From an uncultured Clostridia bacterium (GTDB lineage: Bacteria; Bacillota; Clostridia; Oscillospirales; CAG-272), in assembly GCA_948466345.1 (NCBI GenBank), contig CAOKAC010000003.1, positions 140,812 through 204,811 on the forward strand: a stretch of DNA of 64,000 nucleotides, written 5' to 3'. The position numbers and the translations under genes were made by a program. The notes under the pieces were generated by a model. The model was not told the DNA's origin. It saw only the letters and a program-made list of their open reading frames with translations, and did no database searches. Positions 46,506 to 55,613 of the stretch are shown here, one piece after another. Position 1 is the stretch's first letter. The number at the start of each line of letters is the position of its first letter.

Positions 46506-48044
46506 TTAATCTGCAATATAGTGAGCGCCTATACTTTCTTTTCGTGCACACGCTGCGTCCAAAATCATTTTTGCGGTTTGCGCCATGTTACAGATTTCGT
46601 AGGCATCTTTTCTATCTAAGCATAAAGACTGGTATTTATCAAAAATATCACCTACGATTTTTCTTCCTGCTTCCAAGTTCTTACTGTACCGAACAGCCCC
46701 TGCATATTTTGTCAGCGTTTGGCGAATGATTTCGCGGTCTTGCATGATTTCTTCAAGCACTGCTGTTTTACCGCAGGGTACAGAATCGGGAAGGAGAATA
46801 CTTCGCATTTGACGATCTATTGTATTTATATGACGCGCTGCACGGCGAGCAAATACCAAGCATTCCAACACAGAATTGCTGGCGAGGCGATTGGCTCCAT
46901 GAATACCGGTAGATGCTACTTCACCGCATGCATACAGTCCATCTATATTGGTCATTGCATCCAGATTCGTTTTGATACCGCCCATTATATAATGTTGCGC
47001 GGGACGAACGGGTATCTGATCCGTAGGTACCATAATACCGAATTTATGACATTCTTCGTAAATGGTTGGAAAACGGGCAGAGAAAAATTCGTCCGTCATT
47101 GAAGATACATCCAAAAATACGTTTTTTTCACCAGTTCGGTCTAATTCAGCTAAAATACATCTTGTAACAATATCCCGCGGAGCCAAATCTCGCAGCTTAT
47201 GCATATCATGCATAAAGGCCTCGCCATTACGATTGCGCAATATGCCGCCTTCTCCGCGGACCGCCTCTGAAATAAGGAACAGTCTATCGCTATGTTTCGG
47301 TGAAATCAGCGTGGTGGGATGGAACTGGATCATTTCCATATTTTCGCATACAACGCCGGCACGACTGGCGCATGCCATCCCATCTCCTACAGCGCCTCTG
47401 GGATTGGTGGTGTATTGGTATAAATAGCCTACTCCGCCAGTTGCGAGGATCACGTTAGGTGCGTGCAGAATAAAAGGCGCCTCATCTGCACCGGCGACAA
47501 TGCATCCGGAGGCATTGTCGCTTACCGTAAGCAGGTCGATCAAATAGGTATTATAAAATAATGTAATGTTTTCTCTTTCTTGGGCGATATGTCCAAGCTG
47601 TTTGGTGGTTTCCCGTCCTGTTGCATCTCCGCCGCAGTGTACAATTCTGCGGCAGGAGTGTCCACCCTCACGGGTAATCTGCAGCTCTCCTTCGGGATTG
47701 GTATCAAAGGGAACATTTAGATCAACCAGTTCCTGAATGTTTTCCGGTCCTTCTTCTACAAGCACGCGAACTGCTTCTTCGTTACACAGTCCTGCGCCGG
47801 CAATCAGGGTATCTTCAATATGCGACTCAAAATTATCTGTGGGAGACAATACGGCGGCAATACCGCCTTGGGCATAATAGGAATTGCTCTTTTTCAGGTT
47901 TTCCTTTGTGACGAGAGCGACTCGTAGAGAGGCATCGATATGCAGCGCAGCATACAGACCTGCGATGCCGCTGCCAATAATTACTACATCATAGTTATGA
48001 GAGGGAAGAGCAGAAAAAGAACCACTGTATAAATATCTTCGCAT
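46506..48044 (-). CDS. nadB: L-aspartate oxidase
   Basis: DVVIIGSGIAGL FAD fold, HYIMGGI and GANRLASNS motifs. Adjacent to nadC. Confidence 0.9.
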   Translation of the reverse strand: MRRYLYSGSFSALPSHNYDVVIIGSGIAGLYAALHIDASLRVALVTKENLKKSNSYYAQGGIAAVLSPTDNFESHIEDTLIAGAGLCNEEAVRVLVEEGPENIQELVDLNVPFDTNPEGELQITREGGHSCRRIVHCGGDATGRETTKQLGHIAQERENITLFYNTYLIDLLTVSDNASGCIVAGADEAPFILHAPNVILATGGVGYLYQYTTNPRGAVGDGMACASRAGVVCENMEMIQFHPTTLISPKHSDRLFLISEAVRGEGGILRNRNGEAFMHDMHKLRDLAPRDIVTRCILAELDRTGEKNVFLDVSSMTDEFFSARFPTIYEECHKFGIMVPTDQIPVRPAQHYIMGGIKTNLDAMTNIDGLYACGEVASTGIHGANRLASNSVLECLVFARRAARHINTIDRQMRSILLPDSVPCGKTAVLEEIMQDREIIRQTLTKYAGAVRYSKNLEAGRKIVGDIFDKYQSLCLDRKDAYEICNMAQTAKMILDAACARKESIGAHYIAD

Positions 48045-48058
48045 GAAAGGGCCTCCAC

Positions 48059-48904
48059 TCAGACGAGTTTGAATTTCAGACTGATATCCATGGCGCGTAC
48101 AGAATGGGTTAGGGCGCCGATACTGATAAGATCCACGCCGGTTTGGGCAACCTGAGCCAAATCTTTTTCTCCCATGTTTCCAGATGCTTCCACTAGGGCG
48201 CGTCCATTCACGATTTCTACAGCTTTTTGCATTTCGTCACAGGACATATTATCCAGCATTACAATATCCGCTCCAGCCTCAAGCGCTTCCTGAAGCATGT
48301 CCATATTTTCTACTTCAACCTCAATCTTTAAGGTGTGTGGGGCTGCAGCTCTGGCGGCAGCAACAGCCTTTTGAATACCGCCGGCTGCAACGATGTGATT
48401 ATCTTTAATAAGCACGCCGTCGGACAGATTAAATCGATGATTGATGCCGCCGCCGCAGCGAACGGCATATTTTTCCAGATAACGCAGCCCGGGTGTTGTC
48501 TTTCTGGTTTCTGTAATTTTGGCCTTATATCCAGACACACTGGATACGGCCTTAGCGGTAGCGGTAGCGATTCCACTCATATGCTGGAGTAGATTTAGGC
48601 CGACTCTCTCTCCGGTAAGAACGCTCCGTGCGTTTCCGGAAACCTCGGCCAACACATCTCCTGCATGAAAGGTAGCTCCTTCCTGCAAAAATGCCTGCAG
48701 CGTAATATCTGCATCTAATAGATCAAAGACTGCACGGACGATATCCATGCCACAGAGCACTCCATCCTCCTTGGCAATATACCGGCCGTGTGCTACAGCG
48801 TCGCCGGGGATCGTTGACAGAGTGGTTATATCGCCTCCGCCGGCGTCTTCTTCCAGAGCGGTACGCAAGAGACTTTGCACAGAAGGAATAGATGTGATTT
48901 TCAT
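48059..48904 (-). CDS. nadC: nicotinate-nucleotide pyrophosphorylase (carboxylating)
   Basis: 281 aa. TRKTTPGLR, LIKDNHI and MLDNM motifs of QPRTase. Confidence 0.9.
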   Translation of the reverse strand: MKITSIPSVQSLLRTALEEDAGGGDITTLSTIPGDAVAHGRYIAKEDGVLCGMDIVRAVFDLLDADITLQAFLQEGATFHAGDVLAEVSGNARSVLTGERVGLNLLQHMSGIATATAKAVSSVSGYKAKITETRKTTPGLRYLEKYAVRCGGGINHRFNLSDGVLIKDNHIVAAGGIQKAVAAARAAAPHTLKIEVEVENMDMLQEALEAGADIVMLDNMSCDEMQKAVEIVNGRALVEASGNMGEKDLAQVAQTGVDLISIGALTHSVRAMDISLKFKLV

Positions 48905-48965
48905 GATGTAAACTGCCTTTCTCGTCTATCTATTTGGGAATATTTGATTTGCATATACTTATTTT

Positions 48966-48994
48966 AGTATAGCACAGTTTATATACCAATGCAA
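48966..48994 (-). promoter_or_regulatory. sigma-A-type promoter of the nadC-nadB-DUF362-ispE operon
   Basis: Minus strand TTGCAT (48994-48989), 17-nt spacer, TATACT (48971-48966). Confidence 0.6.
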
Positions 48995-48995
48995 G

Positions 48996-49034
48996 AAAAA
49001 GCGCAAACTTTGCCATAGGGGTTTTCGTTTGCGC
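48996..49034 (-). terminator. probable intrinsic terminator of the upstream minus-strand gene
   Basis: GCGCAAAC / GTTTGCGC stem (18-nt loop) followed on the minus strand by TTTTTC. Confidence 0.45.
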
Positions 49035-49073
49035 CGCAGCCTTTTTATGGTTTAAAAATTGCTTAATGTTTTC

Positions 49074-49946
49074 TCAGCTTTGTTTCCCGATACTCAGTCC
49101 GCAAAAGGACTCGGAACGCGGTTCATAAAATAGAATCAGTTGTTTGCCCACAGTATTGGTGCCGATTGTAAGAAGCATGTTATGGTAACTGACGATTTGC
49201 ACATGATGAGAAAAATCAAAAAATGCCCATGGAATGTATATTTCATTATAATTGCCTAGGGAATCCTCCGAGTAAGAATAAACCGCACACAACTGGGAAT
49301 ACTGTGTCCAAAACTTTATTAGGGGATTGAATATGTGTATATCTTTTACTTCAGCGTTTATTTCCAAATCATTTGGGACCGATAGAATGTTACTGAACGT
49401 ATTTTCTGCTTCCTGCATAATTTTCTGCAATCGTTCGGTTGCTTGTTCCTGCTGTTTTGTAGTCAAAGGAGTTTCCGAAACTGGCGTACAGGTATAATAT
49501 AATAATTCAGCGCTTGCAGCGTCTGCTGCAAGCGTTAGTGTATACGGATCACCATCTGTTTCATATCTGTATTCTTTAAGAAACAGATACTGCTTTGATT
49601 CGTCATATTCTAAATAATTGGCTGGATCAAATGTTTCATTTCCTGGGGCTGCGCGGGGGCTGAGCTGCTGTACGATCTGACGAATTTGCAGGTTTCCTTC
49701 TTGGATTTGCTGCCAAGACAGCGACAGGGAAAGGTTCTTTTTTGTATCGTAGCAGTTCCAGGGATAAAGCGTCAGTGTTTCGCTTTCGGCAATATATAGT
49801 GGATAGCTTCCCATGTCCATTTTTGTTTTTGACAGCACATTTTCTTCCCGACACGGAATATGTTCCAGTAAGGCAGCAGTGGCAAACCCAGCACATAATA
49901 TTAGCACGGCAAGCAGATAAGGTAAAATGTTTTGCATCCGTCGCAT
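49074..49946 (-). CDS. hypothetical membrane-anchored protein
   Basis: GGAGG RBS. N-terminal TM/signal anchor (ILPYLLAVLILCAGFATAALL). Downstream of the two-component system. Confidence 0.55.
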   Translation of the reverse strand: MRRMQNILPYLLAVLILCAGFATAALLEHIPCREENVLSKTKMDMGSYPLYIAESETLTLYPWNCYDTKKNLSLSLSWQQIQEGNLQIRQIVQQLSPRAAPGNETFDPANYLEYDESKQYLFLKEYRYETDGDPYTLTLAADAASAELLYYTCTPVSETPLTTKQQEQATERLQKIMQEAENTFSNILSVPNDLEINAEVKDIHIFNPLIKFWTQYSQLCAVYSYSEDSLGNYNEIYIPWAFFDFSHHVQIVSYHNMLLTIGTNTVGKQLILFYEPRSESFCGLSIGKQS

Positions 49947-49976
49947 TTGTTGCCTCCTTTTCGCTGAAACGGTTTT

Positions 49977-51401
49977 CTAACCTCCCGATGTGGGCATAAC
50001 CAGCCACACTATCGTGCCCTTTCCCTCATGGCTGCGAATATGCAGCTGTGTATTATGCAGATGCGCAATTTCACTGCACAAGGAAAGTCCAAGTCCTGCC
50101 CCATTTTCCTTACGACTGCGAGCTTTATCTGCCATATAAAACGGTTCTGTCGCGTGCTGCAGCTGCTGTGCATTCATTCCGATCCCGTGATCCTCAACCG
50201 CGATAATGCTTTTCCCTCGTCTGGTTTTGCAGGACAATCGGATTTCGCTGCCAGTATGTGAGGCCTTTACTGCATTGTCTATTAAATTATAAAGCAGGGA
50301 TTTAAACAATTCTTTGTCTATTGTAAGAATCGTCTTATCACAGTGTACAGAAAGCCGGACACGGTTATGCAGGCACATTGGCGCTGTCGCCACGCGGATT
50401 TCTTCAAACAGAGCCGCTGCAAACACTTGTTGCTGTTCGGTCTGTACGTGTTCTGCAGTGGCAAGCTGAAGAAGCTTGCCTGAAAGCGTTTGCAGACGTT
50501 TGGCTTCTGTAACGATGATCTGTGCGTATTCCTGACGCATTCCTGCGTCCATGGAGCGTGTAACACGCATTAGATCCCCGAATCCCATTATAGAAGTCAG
50601 CGGTGTTTTCAATTCATGAGCAAAACTGTCTACAAATTGCTTGCGTGAATCAGCAGTTTGCTGCAGTTGTTCCATATGCTGCTCCGTTGCCTCTGCCATA
50701 TCGTTGATATGTGCGGCCAACTGTCGTAATTCTACCGCTCCTTTGGATTTGATTCGTGTGTGGTAGTCTCCTTGTGTAATCTGTTCCAAACCTATTTGAA
50801 TAGCAGAAAGGGGCCGTAAATGTAAGTATGTTGTTACCAGAAGCAATACTGCGATTACGGATGCGGTCAGCAAGTTTATATAACAAATCATTCGCATCTG
50901 TTCCGCTTTTGCAGCATATAATGCATTCAAACTTTTTTCTGTGTACAGCAGATAATCCTTTTCTTCTATTGTTAAAATAGATCCGTTCATTAAATAGACA
51001 GAATGCGCATCGTGAATAATTTGCTGCAGGCAGACATCTTTTTCCTGAATGCTGTCGACAAAGACTTTTGCTCTTTCCGCTGCTTGCGCTGGATATATTT
51101 GGACCACTGTGCCGTCCAAATATAACGCCGCACCGCTGATGTCGATATTTTCGTTCAGAAAGGTACCGGCAATCTGCTGCACTTGCTTTTCTCCCAACGC
51201 CGGCAGGGAGAAGAGCATTCTTTGATATACAATTTGACTGGAAATTCCTGCTGCTAAATTTGCATGCGCAGCTGCGGCTCGTTCTTTTTCTTGTTGAATT
51301 GTACTACGGAAGTTTTTGCTTTGAATCATCCATCCGGTTATCGTTGTTGCCAGTATAACGAGTAGGAGTGCAGTGAGAAATATTCTCTGCCAAAGTTTCA
51401 T
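49977..51401 (-). CDS. sensor histidine kinase (HAMP-HisKA-HATPase)
   Basis: Two TM helices, H-box FAHELKTPLTSI, and N/G boxes (DNAVKAS, DHGIGM, GAGLGLS). Confidence 0.9.
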   Translation of the reverse strand: MKLWQRIFLTALLLVILATTITGWMIQSKNFRSTIQQEKERAAAAHANLAAGISSQIVYQRMLFSLPALGEKQVQQIAGTFLNENIDISGAALYLDGTVVQIYPAQAAERAKVFVDSIQEKDVCLQQIIHDAHSVYLMNGSILTIEEKDYLLYTEKSLNALYAAKAEQMRMICYINLLTASVIAVLLLVTTYLHLRPLSAIQIGLEQITQGDYHTRIKSKGAVELRQLAAHINDMAEATEQHMEQLQQTADSRKQFVDSFAHELKTPLTSIMGFGDLMRVTRSMDAGMRQEYAQIIVTEAKRLQTLSGKLLQLATAEHVQTEQQQVFAAALFEEIRVATAPMCLHNRVRLSVHCDKTILTIDKELFKSLLYNLIDNAVKASHTGSEIRLSCKTRRGKSIIAVEDHGIGMNAQQLQHATEPFYMADKARSRKENGAGLGLSLCSEIAHLHNTQLHIRSHEGKGTIVWLVMPTSGG

Positions 51402-52057
51402 TGGATTCGCTTCAACCGATATCCTATTTTCGGAATCGTTACCAAACGGTCGTGCAGTTTTAGCTTCGCGCGGAGTTGCTGAACGTGGATATCTACGGTT
51501 CGCGTTTCCCCGGCAAAGTCATATCCCCATACTGCCGTGAGCAGACGCTCTCGTGTCAGCGCAATATCCGCGTTTTCAATGAAAAAAACCAGCAAGTCAA
51601 ACTCTTTCGGAGTTAGAGCAATCGCTTTTTCAATCCTTTTAACCACATGCCGGTTTAAATCGACTTGTATGTCTCCATATGTCAGAAGCTTTTGTGCCTT
51701 GTTTGTTCGCCGCAGTACGACTTCAATACGTGCCAACAACTCCACCACTTCAAAAGGCTTGACGATATAATCTTCCGCTCCACTTCGCAGTCCCCGCACA
51801 CGGTCACTGACTTCCTGCATGGCTGTTAGAAAAATAACAGGAACACCTTTGGTTCGAATTTGTTCCATAACGCCAAAACCGTCTAACTGGGGCAGCATAA
51901 CATCTAAAAGAACAAGGCTGAATGATTCGTGCATAATTCGGTAGACAGCAGTTTTTCCATCTCCACACTGCTCGCTTTTATATCCAACAATGTCAAGCGC
52001 TGCTGCAATCATTTTTGATATATGCGGGTCATCTTCCACAATCAGTATCTTTATCAA
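51398..52057 (-). CDS. OmpR-family response regulator
   Basis: MIKILIVEDD receiver domain (D at LLDVMLP) plus winged-helix output (LTPKEFDLL...GYRL). ATGA overlap with the kinase gene. Confidence 0.9.
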   Translation of the reverse strand: MIKILIVEDDPHISKMIAAALDIVGYKSEQCGDGKTAVYRIMHESFSLVLLDVMLPQLDGFGVMEQIRTKGVPVIFLTAMQEVSDRVRGLRSGAEDYIVKPFEVVELLARIEVVLRRTNKAQKLLTYGDIQVDLNRHVVKRIEKAIALTPKEFDLLVFFIENADIALTRERLLTAVWGYDFAGETRTVDIHVQQLRAKLKLHDRLVTIPKIGYRLKRIQ

Positions 52058-52338
52058 CTACCAGTCACCTCCAAAAGGGGAGAATATATAAATATACCGC
52101 AATTTTTTTAATAAAAGTATACCATATGCACCGACAAATTACAAAGTCAACTTTTCCTTTTTTACATTTTTCTTACATCTTTTTGCGGACATGCTGTCCG
52201 TTTTTTCGTAAGATACAAACAGCGGCGCCGCAAGACGCATCCCTCTTTTCATCGTTTTCTCCATCTTTCTTCCACGCGGCGCCGCAATCGATTTTCATTC
52301 TTTTTGTGCCGCTGTAGGGTGGCAGGAAGGAGAGTACT

Positions 52339-53172
52339 ATGCGACAACACCATTTATTCATTGTTCTGCTTGCCGGATTGCTTATTCTTTTGTGTGCTTT
52401 GTGCGCGTGCGGTGATGCACAGGCGCCTATACCAATACAAACATCTGCTAATACAAATGCACAGGAATCATCTGCTTCCATAAATACAGATACAGACCCT
52501 TCTCCCAAAGGAATAATCCTGATTGATCCGGGGCACGGCTTCGATGATCCCGGCTGTACGGCTTATGACGGCAGTTTTACTGAGGCGCAGATCACAGAAG
52601 CTGTTGCCGGCCTGCTGCAAAAGGAGCTGGCGTCAAGGGGATGGAATGTGGAATTGACCCATGACGGTAGGCATATGCCCGATGCGGAACTGCTATATGA
52701 TAGCGCACAGAAGATGCCTATACAAAACGATATAAATGTAAATCCACAGGAATGGGTGTGTGACAACAATCTGTTCAGTAAATACGAACGTGTACTTTAC
52801 GCCAATGCCCGCAATCGAGAAACGCCGGTCATTTTGTTCCTGTCGCTGCATGTCAATTTTGTTGAGACTTCTGCACAGACGGTGCGGGGATTCGAAATTG
52901 ATTATTACAAAGATCATCCTGGTGCATCGGCTGCCTGCAGTTTTTCCGAAACGCTTGGCCGCATACTTGCAGATACGTTTCATCAAAAAGTAAAGCTTTT
53001 TGCAGATAATAAAAAGGAAGCGTTTGTGGTAACAAAATATACGGATATGCCTTCGGTGCTCCTTGAAATGGGGTATGCCAGCAATACCGAGGATGCGGCT
53101 CTGCTCGCTAGCGTGAAGTTTCAGACGCGGTTGGCACAGGCAATTGCAGTAGCGGTGGATAATATTTTTTGA
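52339..53172 (+). CDS. N-acetylmuramoyl-L-alanine amidase (Amidase_3), lipoprotein
   Basis: Lipobox LCALCACGD. IILIDPGHGFDDPG and LSLHVN Zn-site motifs. Confidence 0.8.
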   Translation: MRQHHLFIVLLAGLLILLCALCACGDAQAPIPIQTSANTNAQESSASINTDTDPSPKGIILIDPGHGFDDPGCTAYDGSFTEAQITEAVAGLLQKELASRGWNVELTHDGRHMPDAELLYDSAQKMPIQNDINVNPQEWVCDNNLFSKYERVLYANARNRETPVILFLSLHVNFVETSAQTVRGFEIDYYKDHPGASAACSFSETLGRILADTFHQKVKLFADNKKEAFVVTKYTDMPSVLLEMGYASNTEDAALLASVKFQTRLAQAIAVAVDNIF

Positions 53173-53458
53173 ATAAAAATGTCAAAAAGTGTTGACAATT
53201 GATATAAAAATATGTTAAATTGTAAAATACAATTTATTAAAAATGCAAAAAACAAAAAATCAAAATAAAGAAAGGCGGTGAATTTTTTTAACGCTCAGGG
53301 CATTTCCAATTTGCTTACATTTTGAAAGGAGTCTGTACAGGAAGAGATTATTATTATATGTACTATGTGCAGCGGTAGTTGTATTATAAATGTGGGCTGC
53401 ATTTTTGAACTGCCAAAGCGTAATAAAAACATATTAACGAAACGAAGGGATTTTACTT

Positions 53459-54541
53459 ATGAAAAAGATTATCAAAGGTTTTATTATTACATTGACAGCG
53501 GCTGTTTGCCTGCAGTTTTGCCTGATTTTTACGGCAGCTGCAGATTTGTCAGCAGAGGACTGGGACATCGGTGATTCTATTTCTTTAAATGTATCCCCTG
53601 CATATGCGGATGAAATTTTAACGGACGCATTGAGCGCGTTTGATGACTTCGGAATAAAAGCGGCTTATATTGCCGAAAAACAGGTTCGTGACGGAAACAT
53701 CTACTTGAGCCTGCTTCTTGTTGCAAACGAAGATACGCAGATTGATACGCTGGTGTCACAACTAGAGGCAGATGTACGTTTTACAAAAGTGCGCAGCAAT
53801 GCAGTGGTCAATACATTACATTTGACCGTCTCTTCCGATACTGTGAAGGTAGGGGAAACGCTGACTATTCGGCCGGAAGGAATTTTGAATGTGGATGATA
53901 GGTCCTACGGTCTTTCATACGCATCTGTTGATGTTCTTACAGAGAATTACGATCCTGAAAAGGAATATACGCCCGCAGACTTTCCGCAGTTTGCCTTTTC
54001 TGCGGTAAATAAAACTGCCCTTGCAGGCGGCAACGCATACTTCACACTGACATTGTCCGAGCCTGGATATTGTAATTTTTATAGAGCAATAAATGCGCTT
54101 GCCTTGGATCCTGCTATTTTGTATGTGAGGCCCACACCTACTATAATTCCGTGTGTTGTTAATAAACCTGTTTGGGAGATTTCCGATACATCGGTCGCTG
54201 CATTTGTAACGTCTGATCCGATAGAAAACAGAGAGAGGATAATTAAGGGCTTGCAGCCGGGAACAGTCACAGTGACCTATATTCCTTCTCTTGGATATCA
54301 CCTGGCGAGAGACTATGCGGTTACGTATGAAATCACGGTAACGGAAGCGGACACTGCTCCTGTGGAAACAACGGAATCGAGATCTGGCAGTGAAACGACG
54401 AATACAGAATCTGGAAATACGAAAGCCAATCCACAAACGGGCGATAAGGGGATGGCATCCCTGTGTGTGCTTGCCGGCGCAGCGCTTGTCGGATGCACGG
54501 CGGTAGCGGTTATTCGGTATAGGAGAAGAAATTCCCTCTGA
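53459..54541 (+). CDS. secreted surface protein with Ig-like (Big_2-type) region and NPQTG-type sorting signal
   Basis: Signal peptide. IKGLQPGTVTVTYIP is an Ig-like motif. C-terminus is ANPQTGDKG, then a hydrophobic helix, then RYRRRNSL. Confidence 0.7.
   Translation: MKKIIKGFIITLTAAVCLQFCLIFTAAADLSAEDWDIGDSISLNVSPAYADEILTDALSAFDDFGIKAAYIAEKQVRDGNIYLSLLLVANEDTQIDTLVSQLEADVRFTKVRSNAVVNTLHLTVSSDTVKVGETLTIRPEGILNVDDRSYGLSYASVDVLTENYDPEKEYTPADFPQFAFSAVNKTALAGGNAYFTLTLSEPGYCNFYRAINALALDPAILYVRPTPTIIPCVVNKPVWEISDTSVAAFVTSDPIENRERIIKGLQPGTVTVTYIPSLGYHLARDYAVTYEITVTEADTAPVETTESRSGSETTNTESGNTKANPQTGDKGMASLCVLAGAALVGCTAVAVIRYRRRNSL
54428..54538 (+). other. C-terminal cell-wall sorting-signal-like region (NPQTGD + TM + basic tail)
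   Basis: AAT CCA CAA ACG GGC GAT at 54428-54445, followed by MASLCVLAGAALVGCTAVAVI and RYRRRNSL. Confidence 0.55.
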
Positions 54542-54560
54542 TAGGTGAGTATGTATTTTA

Positions 54561-54593
54561 AAAAGCTTACAGGAATTTTTCCTGTAAGCTTTT
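54561..54593 (+). terminator. intrinsic terminator
   Basis: AAAAGCTTACAGG / CCTGTAAGCTTTT hairpin. Confidence 0.75.
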
Positions 54594-54710
54594 TGATATG
54601 TTCATTATTTAACGACTATGAGGGTGTGTGCAGGCCCGGTTGACAAAGGCGCAGCTTTGGGGTATACTATGTAAGAATTGCATTACACAGTGTAAAAGGG
54701 ATCGTTATAA

Positions 54711-55589
54711 ATGAAAAAACTACTATTTTTAATCAATCCCACTTCCGGGAAAAGGGCGCTGGAAGATTCTCTCATGCATGTAGTGTCTACTTTTTCCGAT
54801 GCAGGATTTGATGTGAATATTCATTTATCAAAAGATCAGGAAGATCTTTATAATTGTGCATATAACGGTGGTGCTTACGACTTAATCGTTTGCTGCGGCG
54901 GAGATGGTACGCTGAATATCGTAGTAAATGCGGTATATCGGTCGGGAAACAATACGCTCATTGGGTATATCCCAGGAGGTACTACCAACGATTTTGCAAA
55001 TAGTCGGCACATTGATAGTATAGCAACGGGCGCAGCAAAGCAGATTGCCGAGGGAATTATACGGGATGTTGATTTAGGAATCCTGGAAGAAAAGCCTTTT
55101 GTCTATGTAGCTGCTTTTGGCATGTTTGCAGATGTTTCATATCTGACGAGCCGGGAGAATAAGCAAAATTTTGGGCATGCAGCTTATGTATTCAGTGGAA
55201 TTAAATCTTTTGCAAAGGCCAAAACGTATAGCCTGCGCATAGAACATGATGGAGAAGTGCTTGAAGGGGATTTTATTTTTGGTATGGTCAGCAATTCCAA
55301 GCGGATCGGTGGGTTTGAACTGCCTATTATCAAAAATGTTCTGTATGATGATGGGGAGATGGAGGTTATGCTGGTTCGTAAGCCGAAAAATACGATGGAT
55401 ACAACGCATCTCCTAAACTGTCTGCTCACGCAGTCTTCTGATGAATCCAATATTCATACGTTTAAAACCGCTTCTTTGCGTTTTTCTTGTGATGAAGAAA
55501 TTCCCTGGTCTCTGGATGGAGAATTCGGAGGCACTTTTAAGAGCGGAGAAATTCAGGTAAAAGGCGGCGCTGTCCGCATGATTTTTTAA
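54711..55589 (+). CDS. diacylglycerol/lipid kinase (YegS/BmrU/DagK family)
   Basis: LFLINPTSG start and the VCCGGDGTLN nucleotide-binding motif. Confidence 0.85.
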   Translation: MKKLLFLINPTSGKRALEDSLMHVVSTFSDAGFDVNIHLSKDQEDLYNCAYNGGAYDLIVCCGGDGTLNIVVNAVYRSGNNTLIGYIPGGTTNDFANSRHIDSIATGAAKQIAEGIIRDVDLGILEEKPFVYVAAFGMFADVSYLTSRENKQNFGHAAYVFSGIKSFAKAKTYSLRIEHDGEVLEGDFIFGMVSNSKRIGGFELPIIKNVLYDDGEMEVMLVRKPKNTMDTTHLLNCLLTQSSDESNIHTFKTASLRFSCDEEIPWSLDGEFGGTFKSGEIQVKGGAVRMIF

Positions 55590-55613
55590 TTTTGAAACAA
55601 CACGAGGATTTTT

